Positions 33,330-45,272 of a DNA stretch of 64,000 nt are shown piece after piece (the stretch's first letter is position 1; each line of letters opens with the position of its first letter). The position numbers and the translations under genes are program-made. Source of the DNA: Leptothrix ochracea. Its GTDB lineage: Bacteria > Pseudomonadota > Gammaproteobacteria > Burkholderiales > Burkholderiaceae_C. The stretch spans positions 19,529-83,528 of the forward strand of contig NZ_JBFPHB010000013.1 in NCBI RefSeq assembly GCF_041083635.1. Direction: 5' to 3'. Below the pieces are notes generated by a model. That model worked only from the letters and a program-made list of their open reading frames with translations. It made no database searches and was not told where the DNA came from.

Positions 33330-33656
33330 TCAGTGACAAGCACACGAACCGCCACAGGGCGTCGCAGGCGCAGCAGCAGCCTCGGAAGAAGCACTGCTTG
33401 TGGGCGCTGCTGCGGGTGCCGCAGCATCAGCCGATGGGCTGGCCACGGCCGTGGTCGAAGCAGCTGTGCCCGAACCATGGCGGAAATCCGTCGCGTACCA
33501 GCCAGAACCCTTGAGCTGAAAACCTGCCGCCGTCACTTGCTTGGCAAACGCCTCGGCGCCACAAGCTGGGCAGAGGGTCAGCACAGGATCAGACAGCTTT
33601 TGCAACACGTCCTTGGCGTGCCCGCAGGCACCGCATCGATAAGCATAGATCGGCAT
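33330..33656 (-). CDS. FmdB family zinc-ribbon protein
   Basis: MPIYAYRCGACG, CPACG, FQLKGSGWYATDF. Confidence 0.92.
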   Translation of the reverse strand: MPIYAYRCGACGHAKDVLQKLSDPVLTLCPACGAEAFAKQVTAAGFQLKGSGWYATDFRHGSGTAASTTAVASPSADAAAPAAAPTSSASSEAAAAPATPCGGSCACH

Positions 33657-33670
33657 CCCAACCCCTTGAA

Positions 33671-35107
33671 TCAAACCATCCACAAGCGCGCGAGTATACG
33701 AGAGCCCCACGGCGGAACCAGCGAACCCAACACCATCCCAATCACCGCCATGACCAAGCCCACCAGCTGCGGGGGGAAACCGGACAAGGCGCTGGGCACA
33801 CCCAGCCCGAGAGCCCACGTGCCCAAACCCAAGACGATCGACAGCACCGCGCCTTGGGTCGTGGCCCGGGACCAATAAAGCCCGGCGGCCAAGGGCACAA
33901 AGGCCCCAACGAGGGTGACTTGGTAGGCGCTCGACACCATCTCGTAGATCGAGGTGCCTTGCAAAACAATGGCGTAGGTACAGACCAACGCGCTGAACAC
34001 CAGCACCGCCACCCGCATGGTCAAAAGCTCCTCGCGATCGCTTTGCCGGGGGAAAAACTGGCGCCAGATGTTTTCGACAAACGTCACCGAGGGCGCCAGC
34101 AAGGTGGCCGAAGCGGTCGATTTGAGGGCCGAGAGCAAAGCGCCAAAGAACAGCACCTGCATCGCAAACGGCATGCGCTCCATCACCAACGTTGGGATGA
34201 CCTTTTGCGGGTCGTCTTTCATCAGCGCGCCAGCCTGCTCGGGCATGATCAGCAAGGCACTGGTGACGATGAACATGGGCACAAAGGCAAACAGGATGTA
34301 GCTCAAGCCGCCAATCACCGGCCCCCGGGTGGCGGCGTACTCATTCTTGGCCGACATGACGCGCTGGAACACGTCTTGCTGCGGGATGGAGCCCAGCATC
34401 ATCGTGACAGCCGCCGCGACAAAGGCTGTGATCTGCTCGAAGGTCGGCTCCGGCAAAAAGCGGAACATGTCCTTGTCCACCATCAGCTGCACCACCCGGT
34501 GCGCCCCACCGGCTTGATCGGCAGCGAACAGGGCGATGATCGACAAGCCCACCACCAAGATGATCATCTGAATGAAGTCGGTCACCGCCACCGACCACAT
34601 GCCGCCAAACAGCGTGTACGCCAAGATCGACACCGTGCCCAACACCATGCCCACGGGCACGCTGATGCTGCCACCGGAGAGCAAGTTGAACACCAGCCCC
34701 AGCGCGGTGACTTGGGCTGAAACCCAGCCAAGGTAGCTCAGGATGATGATGAACGAGCACAGCACCTCGATGCTGCGCCCGTAGCGTTCACGGTAGTAGT
34801 CGCTGATGGTCAGCAGCGTCATGCGATAGAGCTTGGCGGCAAAAAACACCCCGACCAAGATCAGGCAAGTGCCCGCCCCAAAGGGATCTTCCACCACGCT
34901 GCCCAAACCGCCATTGACGAACTTGGCCGGGATACCGAGCACCGTTTCCGCCCCAAACCAAGTCGCAAAGGTGGTGGTGACGATCATCGCCAAGGGCAAA
35001 TGTCGCCCAGCGATGGCGAAGTCGGCCGTGTTTTTCACCCGCCGGGCAGCCCACAGGCCGATGGTGATCGTGCCCAACAGATAGACAAAAACAAGCGTCA
35101 GCAGCAT
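33671..35107 (-). CDS. Sodium:solute symporter family protein
   Basis: DFAIAGR, ATWFGAET, YTLFGGMWSVAVTDFIQ. Confidence 0.92.
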   Translation of the reverse strand: MLLTLVFVYLLGTITIGLWAARRVKNTADFAIAGRHLPLAMIVTTTFATWFGAETVLGIPAKFVNGGLGSVVEDPFGAGTCLILVGVFFAAKLYRMTLLTISDYYRERYGRSIEVLCSFIIILSYLGWVSAQVTALGLVFNLLSGGSISVPVGMVLGTVSILAYTLFGGMWSVAVTDFIQMIILVVGLSIIALFAADQAGGAHRVVQLMVDKDMFRFLPEPTFEQITAFVAAAVTMMLGSIPQQDVFQRVMSAKNEYAATRGPVIGGLSYILFAFVPMFIVTSALLIMPEQAGALMKDDPQKVIPTLVMERMPFAMQVLFFGALLSALKSTASATLLAPSVTFVENIWRQFFPRQSDREELLTMRVAVLVFSALVCTYAIVLQGTSIYEMVSSAYQVTLVGAFVPLAAGLYWSRATTQGAVLSIVLGLGTWALGLGVPSALSGFPPQLVGLVMAVIGMVLGSLVPPWGSRILARLWMV

Positions 35108-35135
35108 AGGGTCGGCCCTCAAAGCCTCGAAAAAT

Positions 35136-36719
35136 TCAATACGGCAGACCGAGCCCACCGTGCCCATGAAGCACAAAGCGCACGATCACAGCCCCCAGCA
35201 CAAAGCCCATCACGATCGAGATCAGCGCCAGCAGCAGTCGGTTGGTGCGACGCTGCTCAAGCAACAGGGCCGTCATCACCGCCTCTTCGTTTTGACCCCG
35301 GCCCTTGCCGGTTTGCAGGGACAAGGTTTCGTGCATCAGGCGCGGCAAAGCGGGCAAGAACTTGGCGTAGCGCGGTGCTTCGTCCCGGAGGTGATGAAGC
35401 AGCGCACGCCAACCGACTTGCTCGTTCATCCAGCGCTCAAGGAAAGGCTTGGCGGTGCTCCACAGATCAAGCTCAGGGTCGAGCTGCCGGCCCAAGCCCT
35501 CGATGTTGAGCAAGGTCTTTTGCAGCAGCACGAGCTGCGGCTGGATCTCGACGTTGAAGCGGCGCGAGGTTTGGAAAAGCCGCAACAGCACTTGACCCAA
35601 AGAAAGGTCTTTGAGCGGACGGTCGAAATGCGGCTCGCACACCGCCCGCACCGCCCCTTCGAGCTCATCGACCCGGGTGTTGGGCGGCACCCAACCGGAT
35701 TCAATGTGCAGCTCAGCCACCCGGCGATAGTCACGCTGGAAAAAGGCCAAAAAGTTGTGCGCGAGGTAATCCTTGTCGCGCTGATCCAGCGTGCCGACGA
35801 TGCCAAAGTCCAGCGCGATGTAGCGCCCGAACGTCGCCGGCTCTAGGCTGACTTGGATGTTGCCCGGGTGCATATCAGCGTGGAAAAAACCGTCGCGAAA
35901 CACCTGCGTGAAGAAAATCGTCACCCCGTCGCGGGCCAGCTTCTGGATATCGACGCCCGCTGCGCGCAGACGCTCAATCTGGCTGACCTGCACGCCCTTC
36001 ATGCGCTCCATCACCAGCACCTGCGGCGTGCAGTAATCCCACACCATCTCGGGCACCAAAACCAGATCCAGACCGGCCATGTTGCGCCGCAATTGGGCGG
36101 CGTTGGCTGCCTCGCGCACCAGATCAAGCTCGTCGTGCAGGTACTTGTCGAACTCGGCCACCACCTCACGCAGGCGCAAGCGCCGACCGTCTTGCGAGAC
36201 TTGCTCGACCCACCCGGCTGCCGTGCGCAGCAGACCCAGATCAGACTCGATCACCTTGAGCATGCCGGGTCGCAGCACCTTGACCGCCACCTCGCGCCCG
36301 CCGTGCAGTCGCGCAAAGTAAACCTGCGCGATCGACGCGCTGGCAATCGGTTCGGCATCGAACTGCTCAAAAACAGCGTCGATGGGCCGCCCAAAAGCAC
36401 CCTCGATCAGCGCCCGAGCCTGTTCGCCCGGAAACGGCGGCACTTGATCTTGGAGCTTGGACAACTCATCGGCGATATCGGGCGGCAACAAATCCCGCCG
36501 CGTCGAAAGCACTTGACCAAATTTGACAAACACCGGCCCCAAGCGCTCGAAAGCAATCCGCAGCCTCTCACCCCGAGGTGCTTGCTTGCGCCGACCGATC
36601 AAGGCCAAGCGGGCCAGCACACGCAACAAGGGATAGTCCAGCGAGGACAGCGCCATCTGGTCCACGCCATGACGCAGCAACACCCAACCAATGCGGGCCA
36701 GTCGAAAGGCGCGCTTCAT
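35136..36719 (-). CDS. ubiB: Ubiquinone biosynthesis kinase-like protein
   Basis: [39 protein letters not shown]. Confidence 0.96.
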   Translation of the reverse strand: MKRAFRLARIGWVLLRHGVDQMALSSLDYPLLRVLARLALIGRRKQAPRGERLRIAFERLGPVFVKFGQVLSTRRDLLPPDIADELSKLQDQVPPFPGEQARALIEGAFGRPIDAVFEQFDAEPIASASIAQVYFARLHGGREVAVKVLRPGMLKVIESDLGLLRTAAGWVEQVSQDGRRLRLREVVAEFDKYLHDELDLVREAANAAQLRRNMAGLDLVLVPEMVWDYCTPQVLVMERMKGVQVSQIERLRAAGVDIQKLARDGVTIFFTQVFRDGFFHADMHPGNIQVSLEPATFGRYIALDFGIVGTLDQRDKDYLAHNFLAFFQRDYRRVAELHIESGWVPPNTRVDELEGAVRAVCEPHFDRPLKDLSLGQVLLRLFQTSRRFNVEIQPQLVLLQKTLLNIEGLGRQLDPELDLWSTAKPFLERWMNEQVGWRALLHHLRDEAPRYAKFLPALPRLMHETLSLQTGKGRGQNEEAVMTALLLEQRRTNRLLLALISIVMGFVLGAVIVRFVLHGHGGLGLPY

Positions 36720-37246
36720 GAAGCACTGGGTGGCATGCCACGACGCAAGAAGGGCAGCGCCCGACTCAAGGCATCCACAAAGCCTCGGCCCAAACGCATC
36801 AGTTGATGCGCCGGCGCATCGCCGATCAAGCCTGCCAAATCTTCTTCGATCTCCCAGCGCAGGTTTTGCGCCAGCCAAGCCACCTCAGCGGCAAAGACCG
36901 CATCGCCTTGAATCGCCATGGGGGGCGGGCCGCTGCGGCCGCTCATCAACCACGCCAGCACCGCCTTGGCATCGAGCTGCACCACCAAACCCTCCGAGGC
37001 CTCGCCGGGCTCATCGAGTTCAAACAACCCAGCGGGCGTGACATGCCAAGCGCCTGCGGGTGGCGGCGGCAACCACGCTGGCCCTCCTGCGGGCCACTCC
37101 ACACGCACACCGCGCCCAACATGGGCTTGCAGCCGCCGCGTGGCTTCAGGCTCAGCCAACACGATGTGGTTGAGCAACAGCGTGATGCGGGTCAGGGCTT
37201 CGCGGCCCAAGGTGGGCACCACGGATTCAAGGAGGTTTTGCAACAT
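36716..37246 (-). CDS. ubiJ: Ubiquinone biosynthesis accessory factor (UbiJ/SCP2-like)
   Basis: [33 protein letters not shown]; overlaps ubiB start. Confidence 0.8.
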   Translation of the reverse strand: MLQNLLESVVPTLGREALTRITLLLNHIVLAEPEATRRLQAHVGRGVRVEWPAGGPAWLPPPPAGAWHVTPAGLFELDEPGEASEGLVVQLDAKAVLAWLMSGRSGPPPMAIQGDAVFAAEVAWLAQNLRWEIEEDLAGLIGDAPAHQLMRLGRGFVDALSRALPFLRRGMPPSAS

Positions 37247-37354
37247 CCGCAAATTGTAGGTGGCTGTTCACACTTGCCCCGATATGTGCTGACACACCGA
37301 CACATTCCCCCGGGCTGGCTTTGCCAGAATGGGCCAGACGCTTTCAACATCACC

Positions 37355-38395
37355 ATGACCACCATCCTTCTCACCGGCGCGACCGGCTACATCGCTTCCC
37401 ACACTTGGATCGCCCTGAAGCAAGCCGGCTTCAAGGTCGTCGGTGTGGACAACTTCGTCAACAGCTCACCCGCTGTGTTGAGCCGCTTGGCCGAATTGCT
37501 GGGCGAGGCTCCAGTCTTCGAGCAAGGCGATGTCTGCGACGCTCAAACCATGGCCACGATTTTTGCCAAACACCCGGTGGACGCGGTGGTGCATTTCGCC
37601 GCCCACAAAGCGGTGGGTGAGTCGGTGGCGCAGCCGCTGGAATACTTCCGCAACAACTTGGGCGGCTTGGTCAATGTGGCGCAAGCCATGCAAAAGCAGG
37701 CCGGGCAACACCAAGGTGTCTTCAAGCTGGTGTTCAGCTCCTCGGCCACGGTCTACGGCACGCCTGAGCGCTTGCCCATCACCGAAGACGCCGCGCTGTC
37801 TGCCACCAATCCCTACGGCATGACCAAGCTGCTGGGTGAACAGTTGCTGCGCGAACTCGAACGCTGCGACCCACGCTGGCGCATCGCTTACCTGCGCTAC
37901 TTCAATCCGGTGGGCGCGCACCCCAGCGGCCAAATCGGGGAAGACCCACGCGGCGTGCCCAACAACCTCATGCCCTACGTCGCCCAAGTCGCGGTTGGCA
38001 AGCGCGAGCGGCTGCATGTCTTCGGCGGGGACTACGACACCCCGGACGGCACAGGCGTGCGCGATTTCATCCACGTGATGGATCTGGCCGAAGGCCATGT
38101 GGCGGCATTGCGCCATCTGCTGGCCGACAAGCCGTCGCTCACCGTCAACCTCGGCACGGGCCAAGGCTACAGCGTGCTCGACGTGGTGCGGGCTTTCGAG
38201 CGCGCCAGTGGCCGCGCCGTGCCGTACCACATCACCGCCCGCCGCCCCGGCGATGTCGGCGCTTGCTACGCCGACCCCAGCCGCGCCCGTGAACTGCTCG
38301 GTTGGCAAGCCACACGCGGCTTGGACGATATGTGCATCGACAGCTGGCGCTGGCAGAGCCAGAATCCGCACGGATTCCCCAGCAGCACAGCTTGA
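37355..38395 (+). CDS. galE: UDP-glucose 4-epimerase
   Basis: TGATGYIASH, FSSSATVYG, YGMTK, LRYFNPVGAH. Confidence 0.95.
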   Translation: MTTILLTGATGYIASHTWIALKQAGFKVVGVDNFVNSSPAVLSRLAELLGEAPVFEQGDVCDAQTMATIFAKHPVDAVVHFAAHKAVGESVAQPLEYFRNNLGGLVNVAQAMQKQAGQHQGVFKLVFSSSATVYGTPERLPITEDAALSATNPYGMTKLLGEQLLRELERCDPRWRIAYLRYFNPVGAHPSGQIGEDPRGVPNNLMPYVAQVAVGKRERLHVFGGDYDTPDGTGVRDFIHVMDLAEGHVAALRHLLADKPSLTVNLGTGQGYSVLDVVRAFERASGRAVPYHITARRPGDVGACYADPSRARELLGWQATRGLDDMCIDSWRWQSQNPHGFPSSTA

Positions 38396-38404
38396 ACATT
38401 GCGC

Positions 38405-39118
38405 ATGAAAATCGATCTCGTCTCCGATATCTCCTGCCCTTGGTGCGCCATCGGGCTGCACGCGCTTGAACAAGCGCTCAGGCGCGTGGCCCCTCACATT
38501 CAAGCCACGCTGCATGTTCAGCCCTTCGAGCTCAACCCAGCAATGGCGGCCGAAGGCGAAGACATCGTCGAGCACTTGGCGCACAAATACGGCATCTCCG
38601 CCGAACAGATCGCCGCCAACACCGAGGGCATCCGCCAACGCGGTGCGGCGCTCGGTTTCACCTTCAGCCAAGGCAAGCGCAGCCGGATCTACAACACCTT
38701 TGAGGCTCACCGACTGCTGCACTGGGCCGGTTTGCAATCGCCTGCGGCGCAGCTCCAGCTTAAACACGCCCTGTTTGCGGCCTATTTCACCGAGGGCCTG
38801 AACCCCGGCGATCACGCGGTGCTGCGGCGCTTGGTCAGCGAGATCGGGCTGGATGTCGAGGCGGCTCAGGCCGTGTTGAGCAGCCACGCCTTCGCCGACG
38901 AAGTGCGCCAAGCGCAAGCCTTTTATCAACAACAAGGCATCCGCTCGGTACCAGCCGTCATCATCAATGACCGGCACTTGATTTCCGGGGGCCAGCCGGT
39001 GGAAGTCTTCGAGCAGGCCTTGCGTCAGATCGCCGCAATCCCACGCAGCATCTCGGCCCCGAGCGCTTCAGCCGCTTCAATGCCATCGACCCCAGCGGAC
39101 ATGATCCCGCCGGCATAG
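38405..39118 (+). CDS. DsbA/FrnE family oxidoreductase
   Basis: SDISCPWC, PFELNP, GIRSVP, ISGGQP. Confidence 0.9.
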   Translation: MKIDLVSDISCPWCAIGLHALEQALRRVAPHIQATLHVQPFELNPAMAAEGEDIVEHLAHKYGISAEQIAANTEGIRQRGAALGFTFSQGKRSRIYNTFEAHRLLHWAGLQSPAAQLQLKHALFAAYFTEGLNPGDHAVLRRLVSEIGLDVEAAQAVLSSHAFADEVRQAQAFYQQQGIRSVPAVIINDRHLISGGQPVEVFEQALRQIAAIPRSISAPSASAASMPSTPADMIPPA

Positions 39119-40695
39119 CCAGCGCCTTCGCCAGCAGGATAGAGACCGCGCACATTCAGGCTTTGATAGTCCCGACCCCGGGTGATACGCAGCGGCGAGG
39201 ACGTGCGCGTTTCAATGCCGGTGAGCACCGCATCCGGCATCGAAAAGCCCCGAATCTGGCGCTCAAAGGCCGGCAATGCCTCGCGAATCGCCTCCAAGGA
39301 GGCCTGCGGCAAACTGCCCCGACCCGGTTCGGCCAAATTCGTCAGATGCACGCCCGGCTTGTAAGACGGCTCCACACTGCCCAACACTCGACTGGCTTGG
39401 CCTTTGAGGAAGTCGCCCACCAACTGCGCCGGCGCTTCATAGGTGCCGCCACCGAGTTCAAAGGCGCGCGACTCCCAGAAACGCTGAAACCGCATGCCGT
39501 CGAGCGGATCGACCACCCCACTGCCGCCCCGGTCTTGGCGATAGTCCTCGGGGGACAGTCCGACCACGATGCCAGCGTTGGCGTTGCGTTCGTTGCGCGA
39601 GTATTGACTCATGCCGTTGGTCACCACGCGGTGGAGCTCAGAGGTCGCGGCCACCACCGTACCGCCCGGGCACATGCAAAAGCTGTACACCGAACGGCCG
39701 TTCTTGGCGTGATGCACCAGCTTGTAGTCGGCGGCCCCCAAGATCGGATGGCCCGCATTGGGGCCAAAGCGCGCTTTGTCGATGATGCTTTGGGGATGCT
39801 CAATGCGAAAACCCATCGAAAACGGCTTGGCTTCCATGTAGACGCCACGCTCGGCCAGCATCTCGAAGGTGTCGCGCGCACTGTGGCCCAGCGCCAGCAC
39901 CACATGATCGGCGCGCAAGGTTTCGCCGCTGGCCACGGTCAGACCGCGCACATGGCCGTCTTCGATCAGCACATCGGTCACGCGCTGCTGAAAGCGAATC
40001 TCGCCGCCCAGCGCTTCGATGTCGGCGCGGATCTTTTCCACCATGCTCACCAACCTGAAGGTGCCGATGTGCGGCTTGGCGACGTAGAGGATTTCCTCCG
40101 GTGCGCCCGCCTTGACGAATTCGGTCAGCACCTTGCGCGTCAGGTGACGCGGATCGCTGATCTGGCTGTAGAGCTTGCCGTCCGAGAAGGTACCGGCCCC
40201 CCCCTCACCGAACTGCACGTTCGACTCCGGGTTGAGCACCTTCTTGCGCCACAAACCCCATGTATCTTGGGTGCGTTCGCGCACCTGTTTGCCACGCTCC
40301 AGCACGATCGGGCGCAGCCCCATCTGCGCCAGAATCAGCGCCGCAAAGAGGCCACACGGCCCAAAACCGATCACCACCGGACGTGGCCGGTCCTCGGCTT
40401 GAAAGTCCGCTGGCGCGTGCCCGACAAAGCGATAGTCGGTGTCCGGGGTGAGGCGAATGTGCACATCGGTGGCCCACCGAGCCAACACGGCGGCCTCATC
40501 AGCCTCGGTGCTCAAGGTGCAGTCGATGGTGTAGATCAAGACGATGGCGCTTTTCTTGCGCGCGTCGTAGCTGCGCTTGAAGACCGTGAAGGTGCTCAAT
40601 AGCGCGTCCGGAATCCCGAGACGGGCCACGATGGCGGGCCGCAGCTCGGTCTCAAGGTGATTCAGGGGCAGGCGTAGTTCGGTGATTCTCAGCAT
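39025..40695 (-). CDS. FAD-dependent oxidoreductase (COG2509-like)
   Basis: GFGPCG, FGEGGAGTFSDGK, FCMCPGG, GEGAGYAGGI. Confidence 0.9.
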   Translation of the reverse strand: MLRITELRLPLNHLETELRPAIVARLGIPDALLSTFTVFKRSYDARKKSAIVLIYTIDCTLSTEADEAAVLARWATDVHIRLTPDTDYRFVGHAPADFQAEDRPRPVVIGFGPCGLFAALILAQMGLRPIVLERGKQVRERTQDTWGLWRKKVLNPESNVQFGEGGAGTFSDGKLYSQISDPRHLTRKVLTEFVKAGAPEEILYVAKPHIGTFRLVSMVEKIRADIEALGGEIRFQQRVTDVLIEDGHVRGLTVASGETLRADHVVLALGHSARDTFEMLAERGVYMEAKPFSMGFRIEHPQSIIDKARFGPNAGHPILGAADYKLVHHAKNGRSVYSFCMCPGGTVVAATSELHRVVTNGMSQYSRNERNANAGIVVGLSPEDYRQDRGGSGVVDPLDGMRFQRFWESRAFELGGGTYEAPAQLVGDFLKGQASRVLGSVEPSYKPGVHLTNLAEPGRGSLPQASLEAIREALPAFERQIRGFSMPDAVLTGIETRTSSPLRITRGRDYQSLNVRGLYPAGEGAGYAGGIMSAGVDGIEAAEALGAEMLRGIAAI

Positions 40696-40739
40696 GGGCG
40701 CCATTATCTGGGGCCTGATTCCGGGCCACAATGCCGGCC

Positions 40740-42041
40740 ATGAATGCCACGCCCGACATCCTTCAAGACATCCCCGCCTACATGGACCACCTTGGTCGTG
40801 CGGCGCGCACCGCCGCCACGGCCATGGCCAAGGCCTCGACAGCGGCCAAGAACCGCACGTTGCTGCGTTTGGCCGAACTGTTGCGCACCGACAGCGCCAT
40901 CACGGCCCTGCAAATCGCCAATGCCCGCGACTTGGACGCCGCCCGCGCGGCCGGTCTGACGGAGCCGATGGTCGATCGGCTCAAGCTCACGCCCAAGGTG
41001 ATCGCCACCGTCGCCGAAGGCTGCGAGCAACTGGCCGGCATGCCTGATCCGGTCGGTGAAATCCTCCACGTGCGCCAACGTCCCACCGGCATCAGCGTCG
41101 GCCAGATGCGCGTGCCGCTGGGCGTGTTCGGCATGATCTTTGAGAGCCGCCCGAACGTCACCATCGAAGCCGCCTCGCTGGCCATCAAGAGCGGCAACGC
41201 CTGCGTGCTGCGTGGCGGCTCGGAGGCCATTCACTCCAATCTCGCCTTGTGGCAACTGGTGCAACAGGCCTTGGTCGATGCCGGTCTACCCGCCACAGCG
41301 GTGCAGCTGGTCGAGACCACCGACCGCGCCGCCGTCGGCCGCCTGATCGCCATGCCCGAATTTGTCGATGTGATCATCCCGCGCGGTGGCAAGGGCTTGA
41401 TTGAGCGCATCAGCGCTGAGGCCAAGGTGCCGGTGATCAAGCATCTGGACGGCAACTGCCACACCTACGTCGATGCCGAGGTCGATCTGGCTTTGGCGCT
41501 CAAGGTCACCGACAACGCCAAGACCCAAAAGTACAGCCCCTGCAACGCCACCGAATCCTTGCTGGTACACACCGCGCAGGCGGCACGTTTCCTGCCCGAG
41601 ATCGGTGCCATCTTCGCCGCCAAGGGCGTGGAAATGCGCTGCTGTCCGGCGGCCAAGGCCATTCTGAGCGGCGTACCGGGGGCCAAGGTGCTTGACGCGG
41701 TGGAAAGCGACTGGTCGGAGGAGTACCTCGCTCCGATCATCAGCGTGAAGGTGGTGGCGCATCTTGACGAGGCGATCCATCACATCAACCGCTACGGCTC
41801 GCACCACACCGACGCCATCCTGACCACCAACCACCCCAACGCCATGCGCTTTTTGCGCGAGGTCGATTCAAGCAGCGTGATGGTCAACACCAGCACACGC
41901 TTTGCCGACGGCTTTGAGTACGGCTTGGGCGCAGAAATCGGCATCTCCACCGACAAGTTCCACGCCCGAGGCCCTGTGGGACTCGAAGGCCTGACCTCGC
42001 TCAAATACGTGGTGCTCGGTCAGGGCGAAGTGCGCAGCTAA
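40740..42041 (+). CDS. proA: Gamma-glutamyl phosphate reductase
   Basis: [35 protein letters not shown]. Confidence 0.97.
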   Translation: MNATPDILQDIPAYMDHLGRAARTAATAMAKASTAAKNRTLLRLAELLRTDSAITALQIANARDLDAARAAGLTEPMVDRLKLTPKVIATVAEGCEQLAGMPDPVGEILHVRQRPTGISVGQMRVPLGVFGMIFESRPNVTIEAASLAIKSGNACVLRGGSEAIHSNLALWQLVQQALVDAGLPATAVQLVETTDRAAVGRLIAMPEFVDVIIPRGGKGLIERISAEAKVPVIKHLDGNCHTYVDAEVDLALALKVTDNAKTQKYSPCNATESLLVHTAQAARFLPEIGAIFAAKGVEMRCCPAAKAILSGVPGAKVLDAVESDWSEEYLAPIISVKVVAHLDEAIHHINRYGSHHTDAILTTNHPNAMRFLREVDSSSVMVNTSTRFADGFEYGLGAEIGISTDKFHARGPVGLEGLTSLKYVVLGQGEVRS

Positions 42042-42066
42042 GCGCAGCACGCGATCAAGCGGCGGA

Positions 42067-43680
42067 TCATTGGCCGGGCAGGCCGAGGATCGTCGCTTCC
42101 TTGGGATAGCTGAGGACATAGTCAGCGCTGAAGCGCTGCACCGCCTTGGGCTCCATCGTCAGCTCCCAAGCCATCACGCCGGGTTGCTTGCGCCAGCTCT
42201 CCAGGGCCGGCTTGGGTTGAAGCTGGGCCTGCACCTTGATGTCCTCATGACGCGACACCGGCGCGGCTTCCAGCACTTGCACAGCAAAACGGCGCTGGTG
42301 CAGGTTCTCAATCCGATACACCCGACCGATCTTTCTCTCGGTGCGAGTACCGATGAAGCCCGCCGCCCCCGCATGGCGCTGCTCAGGCTCCACACTGACA
42401 CGCACCAGCTCATCGTGACCAAAGAAGAGATCGAGCTGCTCTTGATCGGCGATGCGCAAGTCATTCTGACCGGCAAAGGCACCGTCCCGGAACAGCTGCA
42501 CCGGCCCCGGAGGCCAAATCCCGTCCGGCCGAGCACTTTCCGCCACCAAGTAGGCCTTGTCTTCGACCGAGGGTTGTGTCCGGGCCATCACCTTGGATGA
42601 CAGCATCACTTCGCCCAGCTTGAGCACAATTTGCTGCCCATCCGCCGCCACTGACGGCCGGCCTGGAACATCAAACTCGGCGGTAAATTCACCTTCAATC
42701 ATCTGCACAGAGGCAACCCCCTCATCGTCCAACGAGGGCGCATCTCCCATGACATTCGGGCTCGACAGCTTCATCGATGTGGGCGGAGCCATCGCCCCGG
42801 TAGCTAGGGGATGGTAGGCATCCTCATCACGGTGGGATGGCGGGGTCAAGAGATCCACGTTCCAAGGGCGGGGTGGCGTCATGCGGAGGGCATCACTTGG
42901 CCGCGTGGTCGAAAGCCGCAGCCTCACATCGGTCCAATCTTCACCACTGGCTTGGGACAGCTGCGCATGTCGCTCCAGCCGCAGCTGGCCGGACGTCGTC
43001 TCCAGATAAGCGCGATACACCGGCACCCAGTTCGCGTGCGAGGTTCGATAACTGAGGCGTACCTCTGCATCCCGCGTGGCGGCCATCAACACCGTCAGTG
43101 AGCGCAGTTTGGGATTGGTTTTATGCAACTTGTTCCGCTCAGCTTCCAGCGGCACCAGCTGCGCCTTGAGTTCACTCTGGCGTTTGGTCAGGGCGAGGTA
43201 CGGCGGAACACTGTCGATGGCACTTTTGCGCAAGGCCTCCATGGTGGCCGTGAGCGTCGCGACCGAGGATGGCGTCGTGGTTTGTGGATAGTTTTTCAGA
43301 TAGCCCATCCCGAGCTCGCGTGCACCGATCTCAGCTCCGACCCTATCGAGCTGATCTTGAAGCTCAGTGATGCGTTTATCCAGGGGGGTGTTGGCGCACT
43401 CGGGCATGCTGACGCGATCCACCGTTCGGATCGATATCGCGCCCAAACTAAGACCCGGGGCAGGCTGAATTTGGAGGGAGTCTGGGTCGAAATACTGACT
43501 CAGACAATTCAGATGCAACTCCTTCTGCCCGGCTTTCACCGCGACCACACGCTCGACCGTCGCCCCACCGGGATACACCAAGACCTGATCCACACGGCTG
43601 GTCTCGGCACGGGTGTCAGCCTGCACCCAAACCGGCCAAAGCATGGGCATGACAGCCCACAAGATGCGCGATTTCTTCAT
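42067..43680 (-). CDS. DUF4139/DUF4140 (MuiA-like) secreted protein
   Basis: [12 protein letters not shown], coiled coil, WVPVY, SGEDW..LST. Confidence 0.85.
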   Translation of the reverse strand: MKKSRILWAVMPMLWPVWVQADTRAETSRVDQVLVYPGGATVERVVAVKAGQKELHLNCLSQYFDPDSLQIQPAPGLSLGAISIRTVDRVSMPECANTPLDKRITELQDQLDRVGAEIGARELGMGYLKNYPQTTTPSSVATLTATMEALRKSAIDSVPPYLALTKRQSELKAQLVPLEAERNKLHKTNPKLRSLTVLMAATRDAEVRLSYRTSHANWVPVYRAYLETTSGQLRLERHAQLSQASGEDWTDVRLRLSTTRPSDALRMTPPRPWNVDLLTPPSHRDEDAYHPLATGAMAPPTSMKLSSPNVMGDAPSLDDEGVASVQMIEGEFTAEFDVPGRPSVAADGQQIVLKLGEVMLSSKVMARTQPSVEDKAYLVAESARPDGIWPPGPVQLFRDGAFAGQNDLRIADQEQLDLFFGHDELVRVSVEPEQRHAGAAGFIGTRTERKIGRVYRIENLHQRRFAVQVLEAAPVSRHEDIKVQAQLQPKPALESWRKQPGVMAWELTMEPKAVQRFSADYVLSYPKEATILGLPGQ

Positions 43681-43725
43681 AAGAAGCTCCCAATCGATGG
43701 TCGGCGGAACATACCATGGCACCCC

Positions 43726-44442
43726 ATGAGCACGACCACTCCTCTTTCACAGCGCAAGGCACTGGTGCTGTTCTCCGGCGGCCAAGATTCGACCACCTGC
43801 CTCGCTTGGGCCCTTGACCGCTTTGACCATGTCGAAACCCTCGGCTTCGACTATGGTCAGCGCCATCACGTCGAACTGACATGCCGACTGAACGTGCTGC
43901 GCGAGTTGCGCGCGCAGTTCCCGGCTTGGCGTGATCGGCTCGGTGAGGATCACGTTCTGGACTTGCGACTGCTGAGCCAAATCTCGGACACCGCCATGAC
44001 CGATGAGCGGGCCATTGAGATGCAGGCCAACGGTCTACCCAACACCTTTGTACCGGGTCGAAACTTGCTCTTCTTGAGCTTTGCGGCCACCTTGGCGTAT
44101 CGACGCGAGGCCTCAGTCTTGGTGGGCGGGATGTGCGAAACCGATTACTCCGGCTACCCGGACTGTCGCGACAACACCCTGAAAGCGCTGCAAGTCGCAC
44201 TCTCGCTCGGGCTGGATGGGCCGATGACGATCGAAACGCCGCTGATGTTTCTGACCAAAGCCGAGACGTGGGCACTGTCCGATGGGCTGGGAGGCCCCCT
44301 TTTGAACGCCCTGATCATCGACCACACCCACACGTGCTACTTGGGTGACCGGAGCCATCAGCATCCTTGGGGCTGGGGTTGTGGCACATGCCCAGCCTGC
44401 GTTTTACGAGCCACTGGGTACGAAGCGTGGCTGACCGCTTGA
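43726..44442 (+). CDS. queC: 7-cyano-7-deazaguanine synthase
   Basis: [21 protein letters not shown]. Confidence 0.95.
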   Translation: MSTTTPLSQRKALVLFSGGQDSTTCLAWALDRFDHVETLGFDYGQRHHVELTCRLNVLRELRAQFPAWRDRLGEDHVLDLRLLSQISDTAMTDERAIEMQANGLPNTFVPGRNLLFLSFAATLAYRREASVLVGGMCETDYSGYPDCRDNTLKALQVALSLGLDGPMTIETPLMFLTKAETWALSDGLGGPLLNALIIDHTHTCYLGDRSHQHPWGWGCGTCPACVLRATGYEAWLTA

Positions 44443-44616
44443 AAGACCCCACCCATTCGAGGTGGCGCAGCGAGCACCCTGAATTTTCCTAAGCCAATCG
44501 ATATTTGGCTGCGTTAAAGTCGCGCCGTTCGAACATCAAAAAAGTAAGAATTAAGTTACAAGTTCACGTTCCGTCAAGCCGGGGGAGATCAAAACCCAGA
44601 GCCAACGGAGTGAAGT

Positions 44617-45168
44617 ATGAGTACTGGACTGATTGTCGTGATCACCTTCGGCGTGATTTGGACCTTCTGGACTTTGGCGGCTTACATCCGCCTCGTTCGC
44701 CTGCGCAACGCCATTGCACAGGCTTTTGCAGGATTGATTGCACAACTCCAAGAGCGCCACACCTTGGTTGACACCATCGTGCGTGTCAACGCCGAGATGC
44801 CCGCACCCATCCAACAGGCCACCGAAACCGTTTTGGCAGCGCATCGTCATGCTTGGGCATCCTGCCAAGTCGCTGCACCGCGCTCGCTGGTCGCTGGCCC
44901 TGTCCGGCAAATGGACCTCGCCGAAGGTGCCTTGAGTCAAGCCTTGGTTCATTGGCAGGAACAACTTGGGGGTAGCTCGTGGGTCGAACAAGTCACACCC
45001 TTTATCGCGCTGCAAACCCGCATCCATGCGGCTCAACAGGCCTACAACGCAGCAGCTTCGGCGTACCACGACGCCCTGCAACCCTTACCCACAGCGGTGA
45101 TCGCGAACCTGTTCCGCTTCGACCCCGTCAGTGTCTTGGTGTTGCGAACACCACGACACGCCCACTAA
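44617..45168 (+). CDS. LemA family protein (divergent)
   Basis: N-terminal TM, LVRLRNAIAQAF..LQERHTLV, YNAAASAY..P..VIANLF. Confidence 0.8.
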   Translation: MSTGLIVVITFGVIWTFWTLAAYIRLVRLRNAIAQAFAGLIAQLQERHTLVDTIVRVNAEMPAPIQQATETVLAAHRHAWASCQVAAPRSLVAGPVRQMDLAEGALSQALVHWQEQLGGSSWVEQVTPFIALQTRIHAAQQAYNAAASAYHDALQPLPTAVIANLFRFDPVSVLVLRTPRHAH

Positions 45169-45272
45169 GCCCGTCGCGGAGGTGATGGCGGTTTCGTGAC
45201 GTTTTTGAGGATGTTGGTCGTTTTGTAAAAAATTGGTAATTTCATACCGATCGTTGTGTAGACACTGGAGGC

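Noticed and set aside
43681-43725. preQ1 riboswitch before queC
   Set aside because: Only 45 bp between divergent starts; no preQ1 stem or A-rich tail
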